64,000 nt of DNA from Chrysomallon squamiferum (GCA_012295275.1 CM022665.1:1302001-1366000), one strand, 5' to 3'. Shown: positions 12,456 through 26,916, numbered from the stretch's first letter. The notes: generated by a model from the sequence alone, not told the origin. Translations and numbers: made by a program.

Positions 12456-14819
12456 AGATGTCATTGGATACTATGACTTCATGACAAAATCATCTCACAT
12501 TCTCTAAGATATTTTATTTTTATCTGTGAATTTTTGTATGGATTATGTGAATGTAATTCAATCAGTAATATTTCTACCACCTGATCCAGCATAGCAAAAT
12601 ATTCAATCTTTGGGTTTCACTCTGTCCCATATAAATGCATTTGTCAAATTGGGAGGTGGTCAGCTGAACACTTAAAACTGTGCATGAGCTTGTCCGTATG
12701 TGTTGGTAATTTAAAGTATTCAAATACTGTGCTAACAAATAAATATTTTTCATATTTTCCTCAAAATGAAAAAAAGTTGATGGACATGGCCAAAATATCC
12801 TTTTTCGTTTTTTATTATAATAAAACTTGTATGCTAATGATTAGCCTTTACAGGTTTTATACTTTTAAAAGTGTTTTGATAATCAAATAATTAATTATTT
12901 ATTTATTTTTTAGACCAATAATCCAAATAATATTTCCAATGGTTAATATTATGTAATATAAAAGTAATGTATGTAAAATATAAAAAATGAATAGAGAACT
13001 AACTTTATTTAAATATTTATGAATGATACCATGTACTGAGAATACTAGAAAGCATGTACATTTGCCATGTGAATTTTTTCTATTAGCACAATTAAAAACC
13101 AGGAGAGCGAGAGAGACTTTACCCTAAAAGAAAATAAAAACCTAAATATACCTTTGTATTTTTATTATTATTATTATAATTATATGAACATTACTGAAAT
13201 TATTGAAATATCACAAAAATAAAAAAATAAAAAAAATAAATAATGAAACTGTTTGATTTTACTTATAATAAGTGCAAATAATATGTAGATCATTTGTCTT
13301 TCGAGTACTGTCATGTATGTATATAATAACTGAATATGTACTATACATTAAAATATTTGAAACTGATAGACAGTGCTTTGATTACAGTATTTTGGTATTA
13401 TTATTATTTTTTAACAAACTGGCAGAATATATAAATGTGTTGATAGACATTTGTGGTTCCTGCTTAAAGGATTATCCAAAAGTGAAACAAATGTGAAATT
13501 AATCTTTACCACATGCATAATGTTAGATATTTTAAAGACAGGTCTTTGTCTTGTTCACTAACAAAATGATAAACATGTGTTTGGTTAATCAAAGGATGGC
13601 AAGAGAAGAAGTAATTGGTTGTTCATGTTGTGTTAACTGGGGTGTTAATTAGTAGAAAAACATAGCATACTTAAATTTATTGCAATGTGCACTGACATTT
13701 CTGCAGAGTTAACACTTGGATGAAATTGTCACACTGTCAAGAATTATGGCATCTGTTAGAATCAGATATGCACGGTTTGTTGTTTGTATTTTTATTTTGA
13801 AATATCAGTTATACTGTTTTCTAAAACTTACATTTAAAAAAGAAAGATATGTATGGTTTTTATTTTACTTTCATTATTTATTGTAATAACTTGTAACTTC
13901 ACATAACTAAGCATATATTATGTTACACTTACAAAGGAAACTAAAGAATCAAAGTTTCTAAATTGCTGAAAGGAATTTCACAAATATAACCAGGTTTATA
14001 ATATTCCTATAGCTAGTGCATGTAATGTTAAAATTATAATATGAGTAACATGCGATAATATTCAACCTAAACTATAAAAAATATGTTTTTAATTTCAAAA
14101 CTATATATATATGTGAAGGTAGGACAATTGCTCAAATTCAAAGGATGTTGTTTTTTTTTTCAAAATAAAATTTTATTAATAAGAAATAACAGAAGTTTTT
14201 CTTAACAAAAAACCCAACTTGAAAGTTGTGTAAATTACAGTTCACTTAAAGTTTTTGAGGTTCCACTAATTATTTTTTACTGCAGTTATCTCCACAGTAT
14301 TCAATTGTGCTGAACTTGTTTAAAATACAGCCAAACAGGAGTAATTTTGTTATCTTATTTATTTTATTTATTAATTTATCTGAGATTCCCATTCCCAATC
14401 AATCTTTCACATACACATAGCATAAGCAAAAGTAAAATTTTGATAAAAAAAAACAACATACAAAAATCATCAAAAAAACCCTGCAATTTGGTGAGCAATT
14501 GTCCTATTTCTCGTTTTACTGGTGAGAAATTGTCCATACACCTATATATATATATCTATATCTATCTACACACTCACACATTGCAGTTAGATTTAACATT
14601 TTAAGATAGGTCGTATTCTCATTAACTTTCATACAAGAAAAGAAAAGATATGCCTTAGCACCATCATCATCATCATCATTATTATTATTATTATTAGTAG
14701 TAGTAGTAGTAGTAGTGATAATGGTGATAGTAGTATCATTATATAAAACATTATTAAACAATATATTCAATTAAAATTGTTACATTTTTATTATGTTATT
14801 TGCTTAACTTTTGTTCAAT

Positions 14820-14930
14820 AGTATAAATTGGCTGAACGAATACGAGCCGCATGCGCACAACGAATTTCCTATTTCGATGTAAACAAAAGCTAACAGGTGC
14901 GACTGTTTGACAGTTTTGAAAGGTTAAATA
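14820..14930 (+). promoter_or_regulatory. Probable promoter/TSS of the BTB gene
   Basis: Local CpG cluster in otherwise CpG-poor DNA, ATTGG (reverse CCAAT) at ~14827 and an NRF1/ewg-like CGCATGCGCA at 14848-14857. Candidate splice donors and T-rich intron-like sequence follow, leading to the BTB coding exons. Confidence 0.55.
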
Positions 14931-15206
14931 TATACAGTTTGTTTTAAAATTTTTTGTGTAGTAATGTTTGTTTCTAATAGCATAGTGAATAATGTTCATT
15001 AAAGCGATACCTGCACCATCAACGGTTATCTGCCATGTCAATATTGGTTGAAAGCTAAGGATGGCAAATCTTTATCATATAATAATGTATTTCGTAACAC
15101 AAAGAACAGTTTATTAAAAGAAAATCCCTTTATAAAATAATTATAATAAATATCACTTTAACTTTCTTGATAAAACTAAACATTAAGTTTTATATACATG
15201 ATTTAT

Positions 15207-15242
<36 letters not shown>

Positions 15243-16139
15243 AAGAAAAAAGAAAAAAATGTATTATCGTTACTGTTTGCTATACACCATTTTTGTTAAT
15301 ACTAATTTGAATATGTAATTACAGTCGTACTTCGATTCTCTAATTTAATCTGTTTTTAGAAAGCTGTTAAAAACCGAATACTTTTTTTTTCCATAAGTAA
15401 TAAGTGAACTACCAGCATCTTCCATTCTCTCCTCACTTTGGAATAGTGTACAATAAAAAGTTGAAATAAAGCTTTTCAAAGAATTTTGATATTTGGATGA
15501 ATAATTATTTGTATCTAACCTTTTTTAATCCAGACAACTTTATTACAAAACTGAATTATCACATATATAATATAAGAATGATACAGGAAGGTATTCTAAA
15601 AATGAATTGGACACATTGTAGTAGATCATTCATTCTTTTATTTTTATTAACAGTTAAAGGAATTAAACCTCCAAGTAATCCTAATTTATTGTTTATTTTA
15701 TAACAGTGAAATTTATTTAATGAAACTTTAGCACCTTTTGTCAGTAAAGTTATTGGTTATCAAAGATGAATTTTATATAAAAATGATACTATAGAGAAAA
15801 CCAACTACTAGCATTTTAATAAGGTGCAGATTAAGCTGATCCAGTGCCAGAATGATTTGTTATAATGGGGCCCTAAATTAAAAAAAATCACATTGTGGTG
15901 AACTAACTTGTTTGTATATAATTTAACAGCTCGATATAATGTTACCCAAAATGATGAACAATTAATGATGTAGCTTCCATAACTTGTGAACAAATACATT
16001 GTGAGATGCCAGTGAATCCAACAGCTTGCTAGTATTTAGTGCAGGGCCTTCCAAAATGCATATGCTATTAGGTTAATAATGATTATTGGCCAACAGACAG
16101 CAAAACTCTATGTAAGTGTATTGTAGAGAAAAATACTAT

Positions 16140-16193
<54 letters not shown>

Positions 16194-16330
16194 GTATATA
16201 TAGAAGAGTAAAGTAAAAGTTTGATTTTGAAATGGCATATAAAATAATTTAACTCTGTAGGTTAATGTCTAGGAATGTAAAATTAAAGGTAAAAATATAT
16301 TCAGTCACAATATTTTTGTTTAGGTTTCAT

Positions 16331-16436
16331 CTGCTGACACACACACACTGGGTAATGTCTAATTTACAGTAGTTGAAACTTTTGCTATAATACAGAAATT
16401 CCCATTTCCAGAGTAAGAAGATTAGTAACATACAAT
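16331..16436 (+). repeat. Copy 1 of a ~100-bp duplicated, hairpin-forming intronic element
   Basis: GGTAATGTCTAATTTACAGTAGTT...CATTTCCAGAGTAAGAAGAT.AGTA.CATACAAT recurs at 18234-18319 with few differences. Confidence 0.8.
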
Positions 16437-18206
16437 GAGATTTTTCTTGATGTTTGTTGTTTACTTATTTTTATAATTTTTATAATTTTTAAAAATATTT
16501 AAGAAAAATACATTGCTGTCTTTATTTTTTAAAGTATGTAAAATTATATTTACTTTTGTGTATGTAATAAAAATTACATATACAATGTATATATTGTATA
16601 AAAAACCCTTCACTGCAAAACAACAACATACAATGATAATAAAAAGCCAAAACAACAACACAAAAATAAAAACAAAAAATAACAGAACCTTGCAAAATTC
16701 TTTGTTAAAGTGAAGAATTAAAAATATTTGTCCATGAAAATGCTTCATATACATTTTTTTTTTTAAATTATTTAAGGCAGCAATCCCTTTCTAATTTATT
16801 CTGATTACACAGTATTATAAAAATGCATGAGTTTAGGTACTGATGTTATCAGATACTGAATAATTATCCTGTTTGTAACAGCTGTCACAGAGAACAATTA
16901 AATATAAACATTGCTGTGAAATATCTCAACAGTGAGGATTGATGTTGTGTTGATGTAAACTGTTTGCATTAAATGATGAGTCACCACACTTTGATGCCAT
17001 TGTATTTTACATCTGAATTTCACCTGGTTGCAACAGGAAGGACATTTAGAAGTTTAAATTGAATTAATCCATTTTGTGTAAATCTTTTTTGTGTACTGTG
17101 TACTGGACCAAGCTTGGAGGGCAACTAGCTATTTCTAATATGTTTCGCTCAGCATCTGTACAGATAAAAATGTACTGCTTGTTGTTTTTTTCTTTCAGCA
17201 TGGCACAGGTAGTTAAATACAAAACAGTATGTGACAGAATTATTTAATCAAATCTGTGCTTTTTTCTGTAGTTATCACTTCTTGAAAAAAAAAAGAAAAA
17301 AAAAAAGAAAAAAGACAGTATTTGATCAAATAGTATCTGAACTTCAATAAGTGGCTTAATTTAATATTTGAATACAAATAAGGACTGGAAAAAAACAACA
17401 ACAATTTTTAAAGTTCTTTAAGGTTTAAAAAAATATATATATTGTTTGCTTAGCTAAATTTTTGGAAACAGACCATTTATGGATTAATAACTGTTAAATT
17501 TGACACCATTTTGAATTTTTATTTTTTTTAATTTTCTTTGGACAGTATTTCACTACCTGTTGCTTTCTGTGTTTGCATGATAACATTTGTGTTACAGAAA
17601 TGTCATTTTGTTAATAATCCAACAGTGCAAGAATGATAAGGTAAGTGATGTAGTTACTGCACTAGAACCTTTCAGTCTGATATCTCTTACCATTTATATT
17701 GCATATTGTTTTATAGTAGCATATGTTAATTTTGTTTTAATTAATAAAACTATTATTTTTGAAATATGTTGTAACTTTAAACTTTTTATTTCAGTCTTTT
17801 TTTCTTCTTTTTTTCCAATAGATTGTTAGGAAATCTTATTTTATTTCTGCTTTTATGTTTGGACATTAAATAGCAAATTTAATTTAAGCCAGTGAAATAA
17901 AATATATTCAATTTGTGCTAGGCACAATTATTATCAGTTTGTTGCTTAACCTTTGTTAAAATAAAAATATTAATACAGGATCACAATCCATTATTTTAAA
18001 TCTAAATAGCTTCGAAATCTGTTTTTGCATCATTGGTATGATTACCGCTATACGTTTCTTAATTTATTTGAGTTGCAGGTTTTAATGATTATTTTTTAAA
18101 ATATTTCTCTTATAAATAAATGCTGTTGGCAGTTGTGATATTTTTGATAAGGGATATTCAACTTTTTATGATTGTTTGCAAATCTGTTTTATATATTAAG
18201 AAAAAG

Positions 18207-18320
18207 GCTGCTGAATCATGATATACAGTCCTTGGTAATGTCTAATTTACAGTAGTTCAAACTTTTGCTATACGGCAGAAATTCTCATTTCCAGAGTAAG
18301 AAGATCAGTAGCATACAATA
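18207..18320 (+). repeat. Copy 2 of a ~100-bp duplicated, hairpin-forming intronic element
   Basis: Near-identical to 16351-16436; closed by a GCTGCTGA/TCAGTAGC stem and followed by ATACAAT. Confidence 0.8.
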
Positions 18321-18597
18321 AATTATTTTTTGAATTTACTGTTTCATGCAGATCTTTTCATCAAATTTGCTTTTTGTATTTAGATCAACAATATTAATGT
18401 GTGATTTATTTTTCTTAGCAGTGCCTTCATCTTTTTCTTTAAAATATTTTTTTTTCTTTTCAGGCCATGGACATACAGTCATTTAGAAAGATATGTTCCC
18501 TTCAAAATGTCTTCAACAGCAACACGTGTTTATAACAATGCCAAAGGATTATTAAATAACTATACCTTTCTTTTCTTCTTAATTTAGGAGGAGATCT

Positions 18598-20452
18598 ATG
18601 GCCTCACCACCTAACTTTCAACAGCCTGCTCTTCCACCATTGGAGGCACCAACAGTTCATGTAGCTGATGCAGATAGGTCCTTCCGTGTGACTTTCACAG
18701 CATCTGCACCTCCTATGGCTCTTTCACCAACTTCCATCTCCATGGCACTGAAGAGTCCAGAGGGCATTGATTGTCATGGTAATGAGAGACAAGTATTAGG
18801 AGAACAGGCCAAATTCTTCAACAACTCTCTGCTGAGTGATGTTATTTTGGTTGTAGGGGGAGAACATTACTATGCCCACAAGCTGATCCTTGTACGATCC
18901 AGTGATGTCTTTGAACGGATGTTTAGTTCTGAATGGTCAAATTCTCAGACCAAGGTAACCTCTAATTAATCATTGATTTCAATATTTATTTCTTTTCCCT
19001 TAAGAATCCCATATGAAAAATTACTGAAAAATCAGTCCAGCCTTGATTAAGATTTGTGAATTTAGATGAATTATATAAAGATTCACTGTATTTGATTTTT
19101 AAAAATTCATTTCTTTAGGAGTGATTTTCAAGTTTATTCTTCAACTTAATCTTCTGTTTGCAAATTATGATTTATTGCAAATTCTCCATTTCATACTCAG
19201 TCCATTTTACTTACAATGACATAATCCATTTTGAATATCGTATCGTCTCATCACCTCAGTTATAAATTTCTCTAATAATTGATTTAGTAAGCATAGTAGC
19301 TGGGTTTTTTTAAAATATGTATTTGAAAGTATATACATATTTTTTGTTATCTTTAAGGAGGTTGAATTAATTGAAGACAACTTGTGCAACTCTGTGTTTC
19401 CACGTTTTCTAAAGTTTTTATATGACTGTCATATAAAACTGAATATTGATAGTACACTGCCAGTTCTCATTCTGGCTGACAAGTACAATGTAGAAGATCT
19501 TCGAAATGTCTGCATTAATTTTGCATGTTCATACATAATTCCAAAGCTGCAGCTGAAGGATGTGTTCCATGTATGGTTCCAGTATGCCACCAAGTGTTAC
19601 CATGTCAGACTTATTGCTGAATGTGTCCAGGTTCTTGCAGAAAAAATGGATGACATCACATCATCAGTGGAATGGCAGCGTGAATGGGTCAATCTGGAAA
19701 AAGAACAATTGATACAGTTCCTCCAGAATTCAGATCTTAACATCAAGGATGAATTTGACTTGTGGACAGCTGCTATTAAATGGCTACAGTCAGCAGCTCA
19801 TCCAGAAAGAGCAGCTAATTTCAAGGAGAATCTGAAGGAAATAATGCAATTTATACGATTTCCAATGATGACTTCAGAGCAGCTATGTCAAGTAGAATCT
19901 CACTCAGTCTTTCAGCAACATCCAGAATTGTTTCAAAAGGCTTTCATGTTGGCCTACAAGTACCATGCCCTTCCTCTAGTGAAGCGAGCAAATGTTAAAG
20001 AATTCATGTCATCCAGCTTTCTGCTTCGAAACTACTCCAATCTACGCTGGGATAAAAGATTTGTTGTGTCTCAGTACTCTGCATGTCCCAAAGGTACTGA
20101 GGTAAGCTTTCGCTTCTCTACTCGCTCCTCATCTTTTCCACCACAAACATGGGAATGGGAGTTAAAAGTTCACCCAAAGGGTTATTCATCCAACAGTGAT
20201 GATTTTCGAGTGGTCCTCAACTCGAATGTAATCCTTGACCAGCCTCGGCCAATTGAGTATCATTTGTCAGTTGTGGACCAGAATCAGATTCTGCACTCTG
20301 TCTGTGGGAAGAAGAATTTCTCTAAAGCAAGATATCAAACAGACACTGAAATGGACAAGAAAGTTTCAGTTGCTGATCTGTGTCAGCCAAACTCACCATT
20401 GCTTGTAAATGATAATCTGATTCTTCAGATTGCACTGAAGCCAGTTGAATGA
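18598..20452 (+). CDS. BTB/POZ-BACK domain protein (BTBD17-like) with C-terminal MATH/TRAF-like region, about 483 aa
   Basis: Two coding exons, 18598-18954 (LSDVILVVGGEHYYAHKLILVRSSDVFERMF, BTB) and 19358-20452 (FLKFLY...LILADKYNVEDL; BACK: L..FLQNSDLNIKDEFDLWTAAIKWL, IRFPMM; WEWELKVHPKG...LLVNDNLIL), joined by a phase-0 GT-AG intron. An upstream exon ending ATG ATA AG|gtaagt (17633-17640) could add MIRRRS in frame via the acceptor at 18588. Confidence 0.9.
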
Positions 20453-21113
20453 AATTCAGTTCTGTTCTGGCTAAAGGTAATCTAGTCTCCTAGAAAATGT
20501 TTTGTTATAAATCTTTCATTTATGTTTTTCTGTAATCAGTATTCATAAACTGGAATATGAATATGTGATCTCATGTTTGTGTGACAATACAACAAAAGAA
20601 CTGAATGAGGGTTACTGTGAAACATCAACCAGTAACATTCCAGTATTATTTGGTGGCTTTGTGATAATAATGCAGTCATTCTTGTTTGATGTTTTAATTA
20701 ATGTGTTTGACAGTCCCATGTCTTTCACAAAGTTACTTGTTTTGTGTAAATAGATAATTTAATTATTAGTCTTTGTAACAACAGGGTTGTTTCACTATTT
20801 TACTAAAATGCAGGTATTATTCATTCTGTTTGTGGATCTATTATTTATGTTATCTAACAGCATTGGCAATGGTTGGAAAAACTGCTAAATTAATAAATAC
20901 AGATTAATTTTAAAAATATTTATTGAATTATATTTTTAATTTATTTTTTTGAAGGGGGGCTGTTTTAGCACAATGTAATATGCACCCATTTTTCAGGTTA
21001 CATGATTATTTTAATTAATTTGCATTGTTTAAGAAAAAGCATTTAAATATATTAATGCAGTAACATTTTAACAATGAGTTTCATTACATTAATATTTTCT
21101 TTTTAATATCAAC

Positions 21114-21156
<43 letters not shown>

Positions 21157-21534
21157 TATTAATTAATTAGAATTTCCTATTCTGAAGATTGTCTTTTCAT
21201 CATTAAGTGAAGAAACAATTGCAGTCACTATAAAATATTAAGATATTTATATAATCTATATAATGTTATGTGTGTATCAAAATGTCAGCTTTGGAACTCA
21301 CCCAGAAATAACTCAAAAGGCTATTTCCATTTGTTTACATAATTTTATTTTCAGTCTAAAAGTCTGGTGTAATATATAAATCAAATCATGTACTTTTATG
21401 TTATAATTTGAACTTCTTTTTTTCCCAAGATATTATTTCTATTGTGCTTTTAATTAAAAATAAAGTATTGACTTATTAGTCAATAATTAAATAAATTGCT
21501 GAGTTAGTGCTTAATTAATTAACTGGCTGATTCA

Positions 21535-21589
<55 letters not shown>

Positions 21590-23109
21590 TATTTTTTTTT
21601 TTTTTTTTTTAAAAGAAAAGAAAAGAAAAAGAATGTTTACTCATTATTTCATTTGGCTTAACATACTTATCCATAAAATGTTATGGATATTTTTTTTTTT
21701 TTTTTTTTTTAAATTTATTAATTTATTTTTAAACTAATAAAGCTGAATAATTTTCATGAGGCAGATTTGATTGCAAATTACATGAATACTGTGTTAAGAG
21801 GTCACTAACACATTCTGTCACAATGTTTGCTGCCAGGCACAGACTGAAGAAACACATTGGTGTGTTTAATTGTGAAATATTTGTGTAATTTTTATTGACA
21901 TGGTATGTAAATATGAGAAACCCACAGTCAGAGAGTATGTTCTGACATTAATACTTGGAGTAAATATTAACAGATCTGTCTGGAGACATAACTGTGATAT
22001 TATTTGATAACAAATACACAACATTCTTCAAAACTGTTTTATTTATTTAAGAATTTATACAAATTCATGATTGGTATTAATTTTATTAATCCAAAGCTAG
22101 AACTGTTATTTTGAAGACATGAAATGTTTCACTGATCTTAATAGTTATAGACAGGCAAATATGAAGATTTTTATTGTTTTATTGCACAGAAGAAAAAGTT
22201 AATTTTAATGTAATTATGTATTGTATAGTCCAATATGCCTTTTGTTAGACACTTAACTTGTTCTAATTGTTACAAACCTGACTCAGCGACTAATTTAATA
22301 AAACATGTTGTCTAAATGGAACAGACCACCAGGAAATTTACCTACAAATGGTTAAGGACAAATACATAGTGGTAAAAATGTGATGCCATACAATGGGCCT
22401 TTTTTCTCTCTATTATTTCTTTCATGATTATCGAAATAATAGACATACATTTCAGTAGGCAGCTTGGTACTGCAGATATTTGATCAGAAAGTGCAATGTA
22501 CTGCAGATGTTATTTTGTCAGACATGTTACACAACAAGCAAATTAAATAAAGTGGTGGGCTAGGGTTTAATTAATTTGAGGAAGAAATAAGATGCACACC
22601 AAATGAAAGTAGGAGTTTAGGACATGGATATTTTTCTGGCACAGAACCTTTTGGATTGGCACATTTCAACCATATAGTTTTTACAAAGGAGGATGTTTTG
22701 ATGGTATCAACTGATGTTTTTCATTTTGTGAAAATAAAATCTTTCTTTTTTTAAAGTCATTTATTTGTTAGCAAACTGAAAACTTTAAATTACCAACACA
22801 TATGTACAAGTCCAGTGTTAAATGTTAGTCTGACGACCACTCAAACTTCAGGTATGTACTTCAATGTATATTGTTTTGGTTCTTGTTTTGGGTTGGATAC
22901 CATGCACACTGTGGAAAATAATGCCCAAAACACAAACACACTCAGCCTGTCAGCATGCCACAAGAACTTGAAATGAGTTGCTCCACCAGTGTGAGAAATT
23001 ATTTGTACACAGCTGATTTGTGATGGTGACATCATGCACATTGCATCATGGGAAGATAGGAGCAGTGTGGTCAAAGTTGAGCTGTAGAAAGTGCACTGAA
23101 TGTGTTTAC

Positions 23110-23150
<41 letters not shown>

Positions 23151-23336
23151 TGTGTGTGTATGTATGTATGTGTGTGTCTGTGTGTTTGTATATATACATA
23201 TGTATATATATATACATATACATGTGTATATGTGTGTGTGTATATGCACACATATACACATACATTCATATAGCTGTGTAAATGTCTGTGTATACATATC
23301 TTTAGCAATATATTATATCTTCAAATTGTTTTTAAC

Positions 23337-23371
<35 letters not shown>

Positions 23372-24415
23372 GAGGGAGGTTTAAGTGTGAATACTACTAT
23401 ATTATAGCTGAGTGTCCCGGAACTGTCCCATGTAGAATTGAGACTTAGGAATTATATATATATGTATATATATAATTATTTCAATCTTCTTAAAATATGG
23501 ATGGATGTATATCACAGAAATATTGAAATAAATAATAAACAATTTTCCATCAAATATTTCTTTAATTTATTCTCTAACTATATTGTTGTTATTACCTTTT
23601 TTTTTCTTTCTTGTTTTCAAATATTTTTTTTTCTTTGGTGAAAAAGAGGGGGGAAATTTTTTGTTTTTTTTAAATTTAGTTTTGTACCTATGTATTTTCA
23701 TTTCTTTTCAGTATTTCCATTCTTTGGTGCAGTTTTTATCCATTTTCCTTCTCTTATTCTTTCTTTTTTCTCAAATTTTCTTCAAACAGTTGATTTATAC
23801 TGTATTAACAAGCAGTATCACACTGATGTGGACAACTGCTTTGGTTTTTACAATATATTTACACACACACTGGATTAATAATAAGAATATAACATCAAAG
23901 TTCGGTTTACTTAGGTTGGTTACTTCCCCTTTTATTATAAAAATTGATCATTTATTTCTATAAATGTTTTCGTGTAGTTTATATAGACAAAGGATTGTTT
24001 ACAAAGGATGTAATACTATTTATTTATTTGAGCAACAAAACAAATCTTAAATTGACCATATTAATAACAAAGAAACAAACTTATCAACAGTAAAACAAGT
24101 TTATCATGTGTTACCATACATGAGAAATGAGACAATCAGTTACCATGATTTTATTTTTAGCAAATCAGATATGAAAAGTTATATTAATAATATTCATATA
24201 GTAACTAAATTATACCTTTTTTGAATGCATTCAATGAAAATAACAACTTCCAAAAGAGGCTTTAAGTTGTAATCTTGTATTCACAGTTAGTCACATTAGC
24301 AACACAGCAAAAGCCATGAAAGAAGTGTTAGATTTTTTAAAGTTTTATTGTTATTATAAAATGTTATTTCATAATAAGTTAAATTTCTATGATTTATCTT
24401 TTTAATTAAAATAGC

Positions 24416-24667
24416 CATTGGCGTGCAGAGGTATTGTGATGCCCAGGGCCAACTCCTTGATTGTTTGTCCCAAAGACTCAAGTGTAAGACTTAGTACTGA
24501 GAAATATTACGAGAAAGGAAGATATTTTGAATATGTAAACACAGATGAAACATAAAATAAACACTTAATTTGATTTAAATATAAACCAACCAAATTTTTA
24601 AAATTATTTTCTCTGATTGGATGTCCAGGGCCACTTGCCTCTTTGGCCCCACCTCAGCATGCCACTG
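24416..24667. mobile_element. 252-bp non-autonomous hAT-type element (MITE) with 8-bp target-site duplication
   Basis: TIRs CATTGGCGTGCAGAGG and CCTCAGCATGCCACTG (reverse complement CAGTGGCATGCTGAGG), flanked by perfect direct repeats AAAATAGC at 24408-24415 and 24668-24675. Confidence 0.85.
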
Positions 24668-25974
24668 AAAATAGCTCCTATCCATATTATTTGTGTACAT
24701 GTTCAAGCAATTAGCATATCCTGAAGTCTTTTTCACCAATATAAACATGAACAATTTTTACAGAGAAGACATCAGTCGGGAATAATCTCATTTCAGTCAA
24801 CAATATTTTTGAAAATTGTCTTGTCATTGGAACTGAATTTGTTTTACCTATGTTACAAATATATGTTACTAATGTGTAAAGTGGAAAATGTGTTCTTTAG
24901 ATAGGAATACATGTTTCAACTTGTAATTGCTCAATATTTATAAAGCAAACTGATATCAATATTCTCTTTATCAATATATTTCAGTTATGAAAGCTAATTA
25001 ACATTATTTCACCACAACTCCTAGAATGAAGATTCTTCCAGATATAAACAGAAGTCGTTACAAGAAGTAAGAAAAAAGGCAAATAAACTGATATAAAATA
25101 AGTATATAAACAAAACTAGCAGAGATCATTTACTATCTGTTAATAATAATAATAATAATATAGAAGACCTCGTTTACGATATTTACAAATTTGAAACTAA
25201 CTTAATCTAAAGAGCTGCTGAAATTTTTCAAGTAAGATTAAATATGTCTTCAGACTATTCCAGTGTTAATTTTAATCTATGCATCATGTATCTGTTGTTA
25301 AAGTCTTCTAAACTGACTAAAATAGAAAATAATAAATACTAAAATGATAATTATTAAAAATAAAACAAAATTTAGCCACAATCATTAAGATTTAAAACAC
25401 GCCAGGTATGGAGCAAATGATCCAAACATTCAAACCAAACCAAATTAAATTTGAAGCATAAATAAATCAATTAGCATTTTTTAAAACTACTCTTGTATTT
25501 ATATATAATTCAGGAAACTACTGAAAATAATAAATTAATTATGTATTATTATAATTACAATTTATTAAACTGATACTTATTAGATATTCTATCATAATCT
25601 CAAAAAAAAGCCAAACAAGACGCACCTAATTCCTGAAAGGAGAAATGACAAGCATGGATATTACGAAATTAAAAATATACAATAATATCAGTAATGTTGC
25701 TTTGCCCATAATCATCTGAATAAGGCAGACATGATGGTGATCATCTAAAATATGGCAGACATGTTCAAGATTAGCTGCTCAATCTCTAGCAGACTTGTTC
25801 ATTATGTAAACACAAATAGCTGTCAGTTATTACATCAGTGGAAATTACTAACTGGTCTGCAGTTTATCTGTTCTTTGATTTCATATAATTTATTGCCTGC
25901 TTTTTCAGATTTCTTTTTTTTTCTTGAAGTGGATATCTGTTTTAAAATGTAACGAGTTAAAAGAGAAAAGAAGA

Positions 25975-26492
25975 AAATTCTTAGAGTTTTGGAGTTTCCA
26001 AATATTTTGCATGTATCCTTGATCTTATGTTACATCATACTCAGTTTTTGTGAATCATTCTTTAAACTGTTTCAGCCAAATGGCCAACAGCTGATTTTCA
26101 TTTCAAGCTGCTGTTATGTTAAACATTCATTCACATAATATTTGCAACTAAAACATTCAGATTTTTAAAAATGTATTTAATTCATAGTTATTAGTTGATT
26201 CAGATTTATCTGTCACTAAAACATCATGTAAACTAAGTAGAACAAAACGTTCTTACATTTATATTTGTTTAAAACTCTGATTATTTTTCATGTTATTACA
26301 AAATATATTTGAAGGACTTTTGGAAATAAGTTTTATTTAGAAGGCACAAAATGAAATCAACCAGGGGATAAAAGATATTAACACAAATTTTGAAGATATT
26401 TCATAAGTGTGAAAGTGATCAGGATTTCTATAGTTAAAAATCTTTCATCGAAAATACAAAATTAAAAATTAAATTATAAATAAAAGAATGAA

Positions 26493-26543
<51 letters not shown>

Positions 26544-26916
26544 TATAAATTGGACAAAGTGATGTTGATTATCATTAGAGCTCATTATGCAAGAATGTTT
26601 CTGTTTGATTAAAAACCTACTTAGAATGTTTGGGATATTAAAATTAATGAGAGAATGAAATACCAAAATTAGTAAATATTCAACAGAATATTTATTGCTG
26701 TTTCCTGAGAACATACCAACATTCAGCATAGTAAAAGTGTCTTTATTAAAAAAAAAAATAAAGAAAAACGCATAGACTGAATCCTTCCTGAGACAGCTGC
26801 TTTCTTATTATTACAAATGTTATACTTTTTATTTGAAGACACCAAACCCCCCAAAAAGTAACATAAGATCAAGGATATATGCAAAATATTTGGAAACTGA
26901 AGAGCTCTAAGAATTT
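25975..26916. repeat. Pair of ~59-bp inverted repeats ~820 bp apart (possible MITE/foldback remnant)
   Basis: 25975-26033 AAATTCTTAGAG...TTTCCAAATATTTTGCATGTATCCTTGATCTTATGTTAC is nearly the reverse complement of 26858-26916 GTAACATAAGATCAAGGATATATGCAAAATATTTGGAAA...CTCTAAGAATTT. Confidence 0.85.

Noticed and set aside
22880-22940. LVLGWIP-AHCG, resembling the RNase H motif of non-LTR retrotransposons
   Set aside because: Needs a frameshift and lacks the following GNE.AD motif; too short to call.
22841-23963. Long ORFs of 126-155 aa on both strands
   Set aside because: They translate (TA)n/(TG)n/(TAA)n microsatellites and T-rich tracts into YIYI/HTHT/IIII low-complexity sequence.
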